64,000 bases of DNA from Eledone cirrhosa (lineage: Eukaryota): assembly GCA_964016885.1 (NCBI GenBank), contig OZ024742.1, forward strand, positions 101,928,001-101,992,000, given 5' to 3'. Below are positions 27,311 to 40,572 of the stretch, in pieces (the stretch's first letter is position 1; the number at the start of each line of letters is the position of its first letter). The notes under the pieces are model-generated. The model saw only the letters and a program-made list of their open reading frames with translations. It did no database searches and had not been told where the DNA came from. Both the position numbers and the translations under genes were made by a program.

Positions 27311-29698
27311 TTGTGTCTATATATTTTGAGTCAAACCCTTTCTTAGCAGGGAACGTGGATGTTAAACGATGATGTGTATGTGTTACTCTTCTATCAATAT
27401 TGACATTTTCCCTCTCAATGTGAAGTTTCCTGTTTTTAAGTTTATATTCCCAATAAGAACTTCAAGCACAGTACTAGTGTAGGCTTTCTCATAGTCAATA
27501 AAGCCTAAACTCAATGGCTACCTATTTTCATGTTTTCAAAATGGTCAATTGTTGAGAATTTACTTCTAAACCCTATTTGTTTCATTGGTTGACTGTAGTT
27601 TGACAATATAAATGAGCTTTATATGTACTTTCGTAAATGATTTATAAGATCTATTATGACACATCTCGTGAATAAAAGTATGACTGCATTGCTTCAGCTA
27701 CTGGAGGACCTCATTTGATTTGATGTATTTTGTGAAGAAAACTTGCCAAATATACAGTTGAAAGGACTTTTCAGCTGTATTAAAGACTAGACAACCTTCA
27801 TAGTGCTGATGCCACAATAAAATGCACCCAGTACACTTTTTAAGGTTAAAATTTATGTGCTGTGGTACTTTATCTAACACATTTAACTATATATACATAT
27901 CATTGCCATATGTGTTCCTGTTTTTAGATTAAGTACACCATATCCCTGCATGTTGTAAGAGGTAACTAAAAAGGTTGGCGTTAGAAAGAGCATCCAACTG
28001 TAAAACATTCTCAAAACAACCCGTTTAACACATACCAACCTGGAAAAGGAGATGTAAGAATGATGTTGATATACAACTAGAATTAACATGGGGCATATAT
28101 TGAAATTTGCCTTGATAGATATGAATAGTTAAATAAAGTATGTAATATAGGTATTACAGATAAGCAGTAAAATAATGCAGTAGAATGTAATGTCAGTAAA
28201 TTTATTTATCCCAAGCCTTTTCTGAACATTTATTCATTCAGGATGTGTAGTACAGTGAGGTAATGAAAAAATATTGTGAATGTCTCAATGCAGAAAATGA
28301 TTGTAATAAATTGGTCACTATAAATAATAGCTGAGAAAATCAGATAAAATGCCTCTAGCAATGGATAAAAAAGTTCACAATTATTTCTTTGGTTGTCTTT
28401 CATAGATTAGAATGTTAATCCTTGATTGTTGTGAGAGTATTCCAATTTTTAGAATAGGTACACTGTAGCCCTGTATAGCCTAAGGGGTAACTAAAAGGGT
28501 CTACCCCATTCCAGTATCGTAGTCATCATCTATATTATAAACATGCATGGGTTAGAAAGGCTGTCACATACTGAGGCTAGACTGGTCAGGTGACCACATC
28601 TTGCCCATATTCTGTTTGGTTTGGTTTCTGTGGCTGGATGCCCTTATTAATGCCAACAACTTTATATGTGTACTAGGAACATTTTGTGACACTTGGGACT
28701 GGCACTTTCACAAGGTGAACTGGGTACTTTTTGTTGTGCAGATATAAAAACGATAATAGGTTACTGGTCATATTTTTTAATTTTTTATACATATATTTGA
28801 GTTCTTTATTTTTTACATATGCAACATCTGCAGTCATTCACATAATATATGTAACTTTGTATGATTTTCACATGCATTAAACATTAGCTTAACACATTTC
28901 AGTATTGCTGCAGCTTATATATTTGTGTTATTCCAGCATATATTTTTCAACATAAACTACTTTCCCATTGTTTTCTCCTCCTACTCCTCATCACCACCAT
29001 TGCCATTATCACCATCATCACTGTTTTTGTCTGTTTTCCATGCTTGCATGGGTTGCATGGGCCCTCACATTCTGAGGCAAAACTGTAATTGATCAAAGCA
29101 GACTGCTTTTCTGACAAGATCTATATGATTAAAACATGTCTGGAGCTATCACCTTGCCCACTAATAAATATTAGATTTTCTTCTCAGCATAACATTTTAA
29201 TTTTTTCTCCTTTTTAACTTCTAGGATTTTGTTCTCTTTTTCAAACTAAGAGGCAAATTTCAATTCATTAAGAATTATTTGCATATATCTGTATCAGTAC
29301 ATCACCACCTACCTGATTCTGCATATTAACTGATATAGTCTAACCCATGCTAGCGTGGAAGATAGATGTTAAACAAAGATGATGATGATACCAATGTTAC
29401 CTCAGCTGATGTACTCTGACATTACCTCATTGCTGCAGATTACCAACTTCATGGCTGCATGGTTAATGTTTTGCAACTATGTAGTTTCAAGTTCAGTCTC
29501 ATTGTGTCTGGCTTCTACTATGGCCTTGGATTGATCAATGCTTTGTGTGTGAAATTTGGTAGATGAAACTATAGAGGCCTGTCATATATATATATATATT
29601 TTTTTTTATCATTATATTATTTTTTTTTACTTTGTAACTTCCCTCCTTAAAACCCTTCTTACTCCTTCATGGAGTTCCTGTTCTTCCCCTATCCCAAC

Positions 29699-29734
29699 TT
29701 TCCTGATGAAGGACTTATGTCTGAAACATTGAAA
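29699..29734 (+). ncRNA. Decayed minimal hammerhead within a ~215-bp insert between (TA)n and (CA)n
   Basis: UUUC CUGAUGA a GGAC-uuau-GUCU GAAA CAUU GAAA; restoring two apparent CpG transitions gives GUCC GAAA CGUU. Confidence 0.6.
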
Positions 29735-29839
29735 CCTCCTCCACTTCCACCAAGCGTGAACCTAATATAACTGTGTACAATTACCTCCTGTGTTTTGTTA
29801 ATTCATTTTCAACCACACACACACGCACACACAGACACA

Positions 29840-29880
<41 letters not shown>

Positions 29881-29881
29881 A

Positions 29882-29944
<63 letters not shown>

Positions 29945-30156
29945 GTGTCTGTGTGTCTATATTTAAGTTTGCTGTTTGTTTATGTCCTATAACAAAGAGA
30001 TCGATAAAAATAAGTACCAGACTTGAAAAAGTAGTGATTTGGATCGATGTAGTTGATTAAAACTTCCTTCAAGATGGTGTCCCAGAATGTCTGCAGTCTA
30101 ATGATTGAGACAAGTTGGAGAATAAAAAAATATGTATAGTCCAGTGTTACATGAAA

Positions 30157-31560
30157 TACACACACATACACCACTTATACATACACATACACCACTTATA
30201 CATACACATACACCACTTATACATACACACACACCACTTATACATACACATACACCACTTATACATACACACACACCACTGATACATACACACACACCAC
30301 TTATACATACACATACACCACTTATACATACACATACACCACTTATACATACACATACACCACTTATACATACACACACACCACTGATACATACACATAC
30401 ACCACTGATTCATACACATACACCACTTATACATACACATACACCACTTATACATACACATACACCACTTATACATACACATACACCACTTATACATACA
30501 CACACACCACTGATACATACACATACACCACTTATACATACACACACACCACTGATACATACACATACACCACTGATTCATACACATACACCACTTATAC
30601 ATACACACACACCACTTATACATACACATACACCACTTATACATACACATACACCACTTATACATACACACACACCACTGATACATACACACACACCACT
30701 GATACATACACACACACCACTGATACATACACATACACCACTTATACATACACATACACCACTGATACATACATACACACACACCACTGATACATACACA
30801 CACACCACTGATACATACACATACACCACTTATACATACACATACACCACTGATACATACATACACACACACCACTGATACATACACACACACCACTGAT
30901 ACATACACACACACCACTGATACATACACACACACCACTTATACATACACATACACCACTTATACATACACACACACCACTTATACATACACACACACCA
31001 CTGATACATACACACACACACCACTGATACCACACACACACCACTTATACATACACACACACCACTGATACATACACACACACACCACTGATACCACACA
31101 CACACCACTGATACCACACACACACACACCACTGATACCACACACACACACACCACTGATACCACACACACACACCACTGATACCACACACACACACACC
31201 ACTGATACCTCACACCACACATACACACTTCACACATACAGCTACACACATACAGCTACACACATTCACATACACACCACGCATACACATCACATACATA
31301 TCACACACACAGACACACCGCACACAGACACACCGCACACAGACGCACCACACACAGACGCACCACACAGACACAGACACACACACACACACAGACGCAC
31401 ACACACACACAGACGCACACACACATACCACGCACACACATACCACACACACACACATACCACACACACACATACCACACGCACCACATACACGCGCACG
31501 CACCACACACACGCACTCATCCATCACACACACACATGCACACCACACACACATACATAT
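30157..31560. repeat. 21-bp minisatellite (catacacatacaccacttata) grading into CA-rich repeats
   Basis: Roughly 45-50 tandem units with cactta/cactga variants. Confidence 0.95.
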
Positions 31561-31673
31561 TTTTAGCTTCATATTTTTTATACACTATATTTTTAAACAT
31601 ATTTTCTTTAATGGACCCTTGTAATTTAAGGAACAAAATAATAATGTTTTTGTTTTCTGTTTTGTTTGTTCAG

Positions 31674-31751
31674 TTCTGAGTGATAGTTTCATCTCTGCCC
31701 TCAAGAATCATAAAAGCCTGGAGTTCCTCTGTCTGAAAGCTAACCGCTTAG
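31674..31751 (+). CDS. LRRC41: LRRC41-like LRR exon
   Basis: tttgttcag / gtaagt; VLSDSFISALKNHKSLEFLCLKANRL; phase 1-1. Confidence 0.9.
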
Positions 31752-32496
31752 GTAAGTACAATCGACACTACCCTTTTCTTCTCCCAAATTTAAACCAACC
31801 TGGTAACAGGGACATTTAACTGTTAATGATGGTGATATTATGACCCAATAATTGTATTAATGAATATCTTGGCTTCTGTTGTCTCTATTTCCACAAAACC
31901 ACTTACAAAGGACAATATAAAAAGGAAGAGAAAAAAAAATGAGAAAAGGAAAAGAAAGAAAAACCAAACAAACAAACAAACAAGCCACTAAACTAAACAA
32001 TCTCAAACAAAACAAAGCATAAACTACATTGCCAGACAGTTGTTATTGAATATAACACAGACATAATCAGTTTGTTTGTGAGGCTAAATGACCAGGCACT
32101 ATAATTTAGCATAGTATTTGCTGGCTTTCTCTGCAAGTATTTTATTGAAAATAGTTTACACTGTCAATAATTACAGAGAGGGAGAGAGAGAGAAATAAAA
32201 AGAGTGGGAGAGAGAGACAGAAACAACAAAATGTTTGGTATTTGTTGTTTTATTGACTAGGTGTTCTTGAAAGTTCTCTGTAATTTCTTTGCTTACCATC
32301 CTACAACTAGACGTCTATCTTGATGCTTAATATCCTGTAATGATTTAGCAGAAAATATCTAAAAATAGGTTTAATTCAAATGTTTATAGTATCTTTACTG
32401 GTGGACAGACTTTGTGAATATTAGCAAAAACTAAAATAGTCATAAGTGGTGTTTATATGTTATATTGGATATAAGTTTGTTTTAATTTGATATATT

Positions 32497-32658
32497 TATA
32501 CTATATACTCGAATATAAGCTGACACCCCTATTTTATGTTTGAGAAATGGACAAAAATCCAAATCCCGTTTGGTAGCTAATCAACTAACCCCCCTTTTAA
32601 ACCCATTGATTTTTTTTTGGTCACATATTCCTTGGCTTATATTCAAGTATATATGGTA
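32497..32658. mobile_element. Tc2/pogo-like MITE (related remnant at ~12540-12680)
   Basis: tatatactcgaatataagc ... gcttatattcaagtatatatggta inverted ends. Confidence 0.65.
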
Positions 32659-32782
32659 GGTTAGAATAATTTGATTTATTTAGGTTAGTATAATTTCTGT
32701 TGACTATGTATTTTACTTATCCCTGTAAGCTGAGAATCTCTAAATGTCACTTGACTGGCTAGAAACACAAGCTAAATCTATC

Positions 32783-33010
32783 TTAACCCTTTAGCATTCA
32801 CATTACTCTATATATACTATTATATTTTCATGGTAAATGCTTTACCTCACATAATTATCTCACATAATATCGAATCTATGAGATTTTGAAAGTATTTATT
32901 TTGAGAACAATACCTTAACATCAGTTTGAGCGACCAGTTACAGTCAGTTTCAACAGAAAGAGATAGAGAATTCTGCCCAGTTTTGGTCGGTTTGAACATT
33001 AAAGAGTTAA
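32783..33010. mobile_element. piggyBac-like (TTAA|CCC) MITE; related ends at 65-429, 9743, 14066, 49165, 49238, 55613, 56407 and 58022
   Basis: ttaaccctttagcattca ... tgaacattaaagagttaa inverted termini. Confidence 0.65.
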
Positions 33011-34405
33011 ATCAAACTGTATCGTCTGAAAAAAAAAATCTATTAAATCAATTTTGAAAATTGTATCAGGAAAGAAGTCAGGATGGTCACAGCTGGAATA
33101 TCAGTCCAGTAAAAATGTGTTGTTTTTCTGTAGTGTCTGGCCTGATAAAACAGATTAATTAGGTTATGGGAATGGCTAAGCATGATACATAGACTCATAA
33201 GCTCTGGATATGCTGTACCTCTGTTCAGTAATTGTTAACTGTATGAGGTGTGTTGCAGTCTAGATGTGTACTCCCACCATTCTCCACTGTTTCTGTATCA
33301 TCATTTTATGTCTGCTTTCCATGCTGGCATGGGTTGGACAGGTTGTTACAGTGTGAGACCAGTTTGGTCAGATTGACCTATCTTGCTCTTACATTTCCTA
33401 TTTGGCATGGTTTCTGTGGCTGAATGCCATTCCTAATGCTATGTATGTTTGTAGAATTTTGCTGTATCTGTGATTGGCAAGTAGAACTTGGCCTGAATGC
33501 GTCTGTGCACTTATTATTGGTGCTATTGTTTGGAACTATTAAAACTTGGTGTTTTTCTGTGTATGTCACATCATCATCATCATCATCATCATCATCGTTT
33601 TACATCTATTTTCCATATTGGCATAGGTTAGATAGTTTGTCATGTGCTGAGATTCAACTAGTTAAGTTACCATGCTTTTCTCAAGCTTTCCATTTGGCAT
33701 GGTTTCTATAGATGGATGCTCTCCCTAAATCCAACCATTTTACAGCATGTACTGGGTGTATTTTATTGTGGCTCTGGCACAAACACCTTACAGGGTGGAC
33801 TAGGTATTTTTATCATGACATCAGCATTACCACATTACAGGATGGACTGGTTGCTTTTTACTTTGGCACCAGTATTACTACCTTAGTATGAACTGGGTGC
33901 TTTGTATTGTGACAACAGCACTCCCACCTTATGGGGTTGATTAGGTGCTTTTCATTGTGGAACTAGCACTACTAGCACTATTTATTTGTCCTGAGTGGAA
34001 GAGTTAGTTTTTAGGCTACTGTTGTGGAGAATTATACATGTGCCACTTTGTTTAGGAGTGATTGTATATGTTATAGTAGGAGCTATGAGGGTCAGAGCTT
34101 GTTACATCCACAACCTGTGCACCCCACAATGGCCAGATTCATATTTTTGAGTGTGCTGGTTGTTTCTAATTAATGTTCTCTGGTGTTGTTGGTAAGGGAC
34201 ATATTGAATTTTGTAGGTATTACTTTAAATCTGTTGTTTGAATGCCAGTTATTAAGTGATTGGTATAGTATTGGAGTAGTTGGGTAACTGTTTGGAAAAT
34301 ATTAGTGGAATGATCAGGTGTGTGAGAGGTTGAAAAGAGCAAGTGAAAGAACTGTGGCAGGCTATTTGTAAAACTGCAGATTCTAGATATGTTGATATTG
34401 TATAC

Positions 34406-34605
34406 CAAGCATGTCAAACATGTGGCCCTTTACAAGCACACCTGCAGCCCGTACAAAGGTTTTTACAGCACGAGCATGTTTTATCTTTGTAATATAAAAA
34501 AAAAATATTAGTTGTAATGTGCGCAATTAGTTGTCGTATGTTTCCCCCAGACAACACATATGTGATCCATGTGGCCCTCGGGGGACCCTCAGTTTGACAT
34601 GTCTG
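34406..34605 (+). mobile_element. hAT-type MITE, 200 bp
   Basis: TIRs caagcatgtcaaac...gtttgacatgtctg with an exact 8-bp TSD ttgtatac (34398-34405 and 34606-34613). Confidence 0.9.
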
Positions 34606-35819
34606 TTGTATACTATATAGACTTGCCAACCTGAGACATAGTCTGTTAATTAGTATTTTTGTGTTTTTTTACGATGTTGAGTTGTTTAATAGTCAATTAC
34701 GCAACCAAGGAAACTTCATAGCAGTCCCTTGAATTACTAGACAAAGCAGCCATATCTCCTTCAAATTTCACCCTAAATATATACTGGATAACTCAGTGTT
34801 GTTTGGTGGTTGTTTAAGCTACTACATGTAGCTCCTTTATGTTATTGTGGCGGTAATGGTATTGAGGTTTGTGTGATGATGGTGCTGGTATTGTTGTTTA
34901 TGTGATGGTGGTGGTGCTACTTCTGGTGTTGTCAGTGTGTTAGTGGTACTTCTGGTGTTGTCAGTGTGGTAGTGGTACTTCTGGTGATGTTATTGTAGTA
35001 GTGGTGTAGTGTTATTAGTGTGGTAGTGTTGCTGTTGTTGTTAGTAGTGTAGTGCTATCAGTGTGGTAGTGGTACTTGGTACTTTGACCAAACTTTCAGG
35101 AAGACATTGGGTTTAATTTTCATTAACCAAACAATCACCTGTTCACAATCATAAAACATTTCTCATTGAACTTCCTTAGTTGGTTCTACCTGTGTGTATG
35201 TGTTTGTACCTGTGTAGGTGTAGGTCAATAATTAAGTACACTTTCCTCTTACCTGTCCACTCATTGACCCTGACTTCTTCCAGAACAACTTCATATTTTT
35301 ATACACTATATATATATATTTTTTATGCCCAAGTCTTGTTTCAATATTTTTCATCAATACATGATAAAACTGACTTGTTGCCGATGATGATGATGATGTA
35401 TGTTTGAGGGTGGAGACCTGTATTTTTTCTTGTTTGTTTTTACTCTCCCATCTCCGCCCACCCAGCCCTAGAACCTGCCTGGCTGGCCTAGCTACCCTCA
35501 GCTGTCACCAACGGGTGCAATTATTTCCAATTCTCTTTTGTATTTTGTGTTTTATTTTTATGTCAGGAATGTGTGGACTTTATTAGTGGTTTGGGTTCAC
35601 TGAGTGCAGACATGTTTATATATATATACACACACAGATATATTTACACATAGACACAATTCTGTCTCCATGTTTCTCTGTCTCTGTCTGTCTCTCTCTC
35701 TTTCCATGTCTCTATCTCTTTCTCTCTGTTACTATCTCTTTCCATCTCTGTCTCTTACTCTCTTTCATTTTGTCTCTCTTGCTCTGTCTCTGTCTGCACA
35801 CCCACATGCATACACATAT

Positions 35820-35869
<50 letters not shown>

Positions 35870-36251
35870 GCACGTTTGGTCTTGTTAATGTCTTCATGTG
35901 TGTGCAGCATCTTGGTGTGCATTATCCTCCCACTCTTCTTTACACAACACACATACACATGCTCCATTGTTTGTGTGCGTGTGTGCGTGTGTGTGCATCT
36001 AGATGTGTGTGTGTGTGTGTGCATCTAGATGTGTGTGTGTGTGTGACACAATCCCATTTTTACATATACAAACATATCAATACACTTTTTTGTGTTGTTC
36101 TGTGTATATGTTTATGTATGTTTGCTTGGGCATGCACACACACAATGCTCGGGCATGCACACACACACACAATGCTCGGGCATGTGTACACACAATGCTC
36201 AGGCATGCACACACATACTTTGCTTGAGCATGTGTGCACACACGCACGCAT

Positions 36252-36283
<32 letters not shown>

Positions 36284-36873
36284 ACAGAGAAGGCTCTGAC
36301 ACACACACACAATACTCAAACACATGCGCGTACTCACTCATACGCACACAATGTTCCATGTGTACACACTGATTAGGCACACATGTGCACACATGCAATG
36401 CTCGGTCACACAACACTACTTGGGCACGCGCACACACACGTTAACACACAATGTCTGGGCATGCGCGCCCACTCTCTTACACATACACATGCATGCAATG
36501 CTCTCTCTCTCATACACACAACTTGAGAAACCAATGGACATTACTATTTGGTCTAAGTAACAGCAACCTATCTCTGTGTTCTCCCTGTTTGAGTTTGTAG
36601 GTATGGCTTTGTTTCAGATGTATTTATCTTTTAAGCCTTAGTTATCTATATATACAGTCAGTATTCCTTTTTAGTTTTGATGGGATTGCATTAAAGGTAT
36701 TTACTCCAGATTATCAATGCCTCTATTTAGTTTTTAATGTCTGGCACTTGTTTTATTGATTGCTATTTGTCATGCTGCTAAGTCACAGGACACGGACACA
36801 CACGCACACACACAGTTACACACAGTCAGAGACGGACACACAGTCACAGATGGACGGACACAGTCACAGATGG

Positions 36874-36926
<53 letters not shown>

Positions 36927-39183
36927 CTCTAGTGTCTACCGAGATAGCTGTGACATGATCACTGTTTAAAACAGCTATAGTAAGACTTGTATATGTTTTT
37001 TTTTTACACATAAACATATTGTATATGCCTGTGTATGTACCTCTATTATTAATCACACTATGTTAGTGCTACTGCTAATTAATTCTAGCAAGTCAAACTT
37101 GCACTATATGCAAACAAACATCTCCAGATGTTTTATATGCAAAAAGTATATACGCTATAGCTGATTTTTGTCTCAGTACTGAGTGAGTAAATGTTACCAA
37201 TGATGGGTAAATATCTTGAAACATTAGTGCGGCATAATCACGACTAGAAACATTCATAGCAAGATCTATATATGTTTATTATATGCTTCAGTGTTACTGT
37301 ATACCTCCACATCACACTCTATTCAGAATCCCCTCCATCCTTCTTAAATACTAAAGACCCTCACACTATCCATGTTCATCATCCAACCATCTTCCTACTC
37401 TTCTCTATCACCACAGTAGCTTCCACACTGCCGGAGGTCTCTCTCCCCATCTGCTAATTCACCCATGACGTACACCCCAGCCCTGCTCATAAAGTAGAGG
37501 GGGCTCTTCAGTTGAGTCAATGACAACAACCTCTCTGGTGGTAAATGCACTTAGTACATCCTGTAAGGTGGTTGGGGTTAGGAAGGTTATCTTGTAGAAA
37601 CCATGCCTAAAAAGCTCTAGAGGACTCTTTAGTTACGCCAGAAGCAGTATGAACTATAGTGATGGTGATCTACACAATAAATGCACTCAGTACACTTGGT
37701 GATAGAAAGGGTACCCAGTTGTAGAAAACTTGCCTAACAAGAAGACTCTTCAGCTATGTTAAGACCATAACTTCCGTACTCTCTGGTCTATGATGAGGCT
37801 ACAGTAGAAGACATGATGTTGATCTAATTAGTAAACCTAATGTTTAACTAGTGAGCTGACTGGCTACTTAGCCAGCTAGTAAATATTATTCATCATCTTC
37901 GTTTAACGTCCATTTTCCACGCTAGCATGGGTTAGATGGGAGTTGTCCCACTTGAAGCAAGGCTGGTCGGGTGACCGTGTCTCGCTCATATAGGACTATC
38001 TGGCAGGTTTTCTACGGCTGGATGCCCTTCCTAACACCAACCACATTTACAGTGTTTAACTGGGAACTTTTTACCGTGTTACCTACACGGCCACATTACA
38101 GTGTTATTATTAGGCTGTGAATTGATTATGGGGGTAGTTGATTGGTAGTATTGGTAGAGTTCAAATCCCACTGAGGCTAGCTTTGCCTTTCATCTTTATG
38201 GGGTTGACAAAATAAAGTACCAGTAACACATTGGGGTTGATTTAATCAACTATCCTCTCCTCTAAAATTGTTGGCCTTGTGCCTAAATCAGAAACTATTA
38301 AGGTGTTGAGTGAGAGATGGGGAGGGCAAGAGAGATGGAGGCAATGACAATGGGAATTTGGCTGCTCTATATTCGGACCTGGTGTACGTGTGTGTATGTT
38401 TGTTTCTATTCATTTGATATGACTGTATCTACGTTCCCTACTTTATTGGCAGAATTGTTAGAGCATCAGAAAAAATGATTTTGGTGGTTGTTTCTGCTTT
38501 TTTACATTGTGTTCAAATCCTACTGAAGTCGGCTTTGTCTTTCATCCATCTTGGGTTAAAATATAGTACCAGTGATATTCCGTGGTTGATCTAATCAACT
38601 TTTTACTTCCCTGAAAATTGCTGGCCTTATCGCTAAACTCAAAACCACTGTTGTTGTTGTTGTTCATATGATACAATTGATGTTGACATGGGTTTACATT
38701 GCATGAGTTTTCACAAATAATGTTAGTAATGTGAATTTATAAATAATTTGAATTATAATTTGTAGATGATCTTATAAATAATTAATTGATAGATAATGAT
38801 ACAGATGATTTCTGAATCTTGGCACCATCTCACAAATTATGATGGAGTGAACAGTCAATTAAATGTACTTTTCTGTTTAACTGGTACTTAATTTTACAAC
38901 CTTGCAAGAATGAAAGACTGTCAACCATGGCAGGGTTTGAACTTGGAACTTAGACATAACTAAACATGTGAAGACAGATGTTCTACTGGCTCTGCTATTG
39001 CCTTTGTAATAGTGAGTTAAAATGTTGGTGAGAAGAGGAGTGGTAGGTCTTTATGAAAATCGAAAATTATGAAGATAGTATTATTGAGTATTGAAGATAG
39101 GATATAATGTCTTGATATAATTAAACCTACTTTCAAGAATGTGAATGAGATTATTTTTTGTTCTTTGTTTTTAATCTTCACAG

Positions 39184-39259
39184 GTGTCACTGTTCTGAGC
39201 CTTATTGACAAACTTCACGACAGAAAGGAACCATTTAGTCTGAAGATCCTTAACATAAG
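39184..39259 (+). CDS. LRRC41: LRRC41-like LRR exon
   Basis: cttcacag / gtatta; GVTVLSLIDKLHDRKEPFSLKILNI; phase 1-2. Confidence 0.82.
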
Positions 39260-40526
39260 GTATTATTTTTACTTTCTTATATTACAGACTGTAGTAAGTT
39301 TTGTTTTTCTTCACTTGTTTTATGTATTTATTTGTTTTTCCTTAACCAATCCTCTATGCTTAATTCTTGACATTTTATCTTTGAAATTTGATCTAATCTT
39401 TGTTGTTGAGCTTCAAACAATGGAAATGTTGAAGGATTATTGTCAGGTTTAGTCTCTGTCTCTGAAAAGTTAACCTGGTTAAGTTAGAGATACTAGCATT
39501 GGAGTGGTGTCCTAGTACAAGTTTACACCTGTTTAACAGTGGTGTATGGAATGTTTACATTTTAAGTACAATTGGCACCACTTCTTGTGTAGTGTGTGGA
39601 TTGTTTACCTATTTAAAGTAAAAAAGCAATACTAATGTTTAGTGAGTGGAGTGTTGTTTGTACATTACAAACTGTAGTTTCTATTAACGTAAGTTGTCTT
39701 CAATAGTGTTGCACTAATCTAACTACAAATATTACCAAACACAATAACATATATTTCTGTACAGTTATACTGTTCTAAATATAACCTGCACTACTTCAAA
39801 AACACTAATAAAAGTATTACCTGGCATTGTTTAGCCTTAATTGACCCAGTCTATGATCAAAACTGTTTTAGCCATGAGTATTTAGTGGTTCTCTTGAACA
39901 TTGCCCATCATTCATGGGTTGCTATTTCTAGCAGGTCGAGCAACTGCATAGGTTTCCTTGTTGGTTTGTGTTAATTGTAATGGTGTTATACAGTTTTTTG
40001 GAAGTTAACTATTCGTTAGAAGCAAGCAAATAATTTAAGAGTTTTCCTTTTGATATAGAAACAGATTTGAACATGAGGGTGATTCTTAAAAATAGGGTTA
40101 GTTACTGAATTGGCAGTCATTAGCATGTTGGAGAGAATGCTTTGCAGTATTTGTTCTGGTTCTCTGAGTTCAAATTCTACTGAGGTCAACTTTGCCTTTC
40201 AAGGTCAATAAAGAAAATACCAGTCCAGTATTGAGGTTGATTCTTCCTCTATACTTATTTCTCACGTTCTCTCTGGCAAACTCTGCCGCTTTCTCTGGAA
40301 TAAAATGACTGTTCAGACCTGAAGAGAGGATGGGCTCTACCAGGTTTAAAAAATGCCCAAGACATGCCATATGTCACTATGACACCATTAGAAGTAGGAT
40401 TCAATGGATAGGAAAATCTACTTGCTAGTGTAACTAAAGTTATTTAAAACATTTATTGATATGACACTCCCCATTTCTAAGCCTAACAATATTTCCTGAC
40501 ATCTTTCCTTTCTTGTCTTTTATTAG

Positions 40527-40572
40527 ACATGAAACAATGTCAAGTTTTCCTTGGCTCCTATATCGGAAGTAA
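40527..40572 (+). CDS. Tentative terminal exon (RHETMSSFPWLLYRK*)
   Basis: Strong pyrimidine tract tctttcctttcttgtcttttattag, phase-2 compatible, TAA at 40570-40572, aataaa near 40725. It does not continue the LRR pattern, so it may be an alternative or false end. Confidence 0.35.

Noticed and set aside
30132-30878. 248-aa (IHTHTPL)n ORF and overlapping Cys/Val-rich ORFs
   Set aside because: Translation of a 21-bp minisatellite in an intron; no splice or domain support.
39411-39446. Possible small exon after 39259
   Set aside because: In the required phase it reaches TGA within 6 codons, and the acceptor (gag) is weak.
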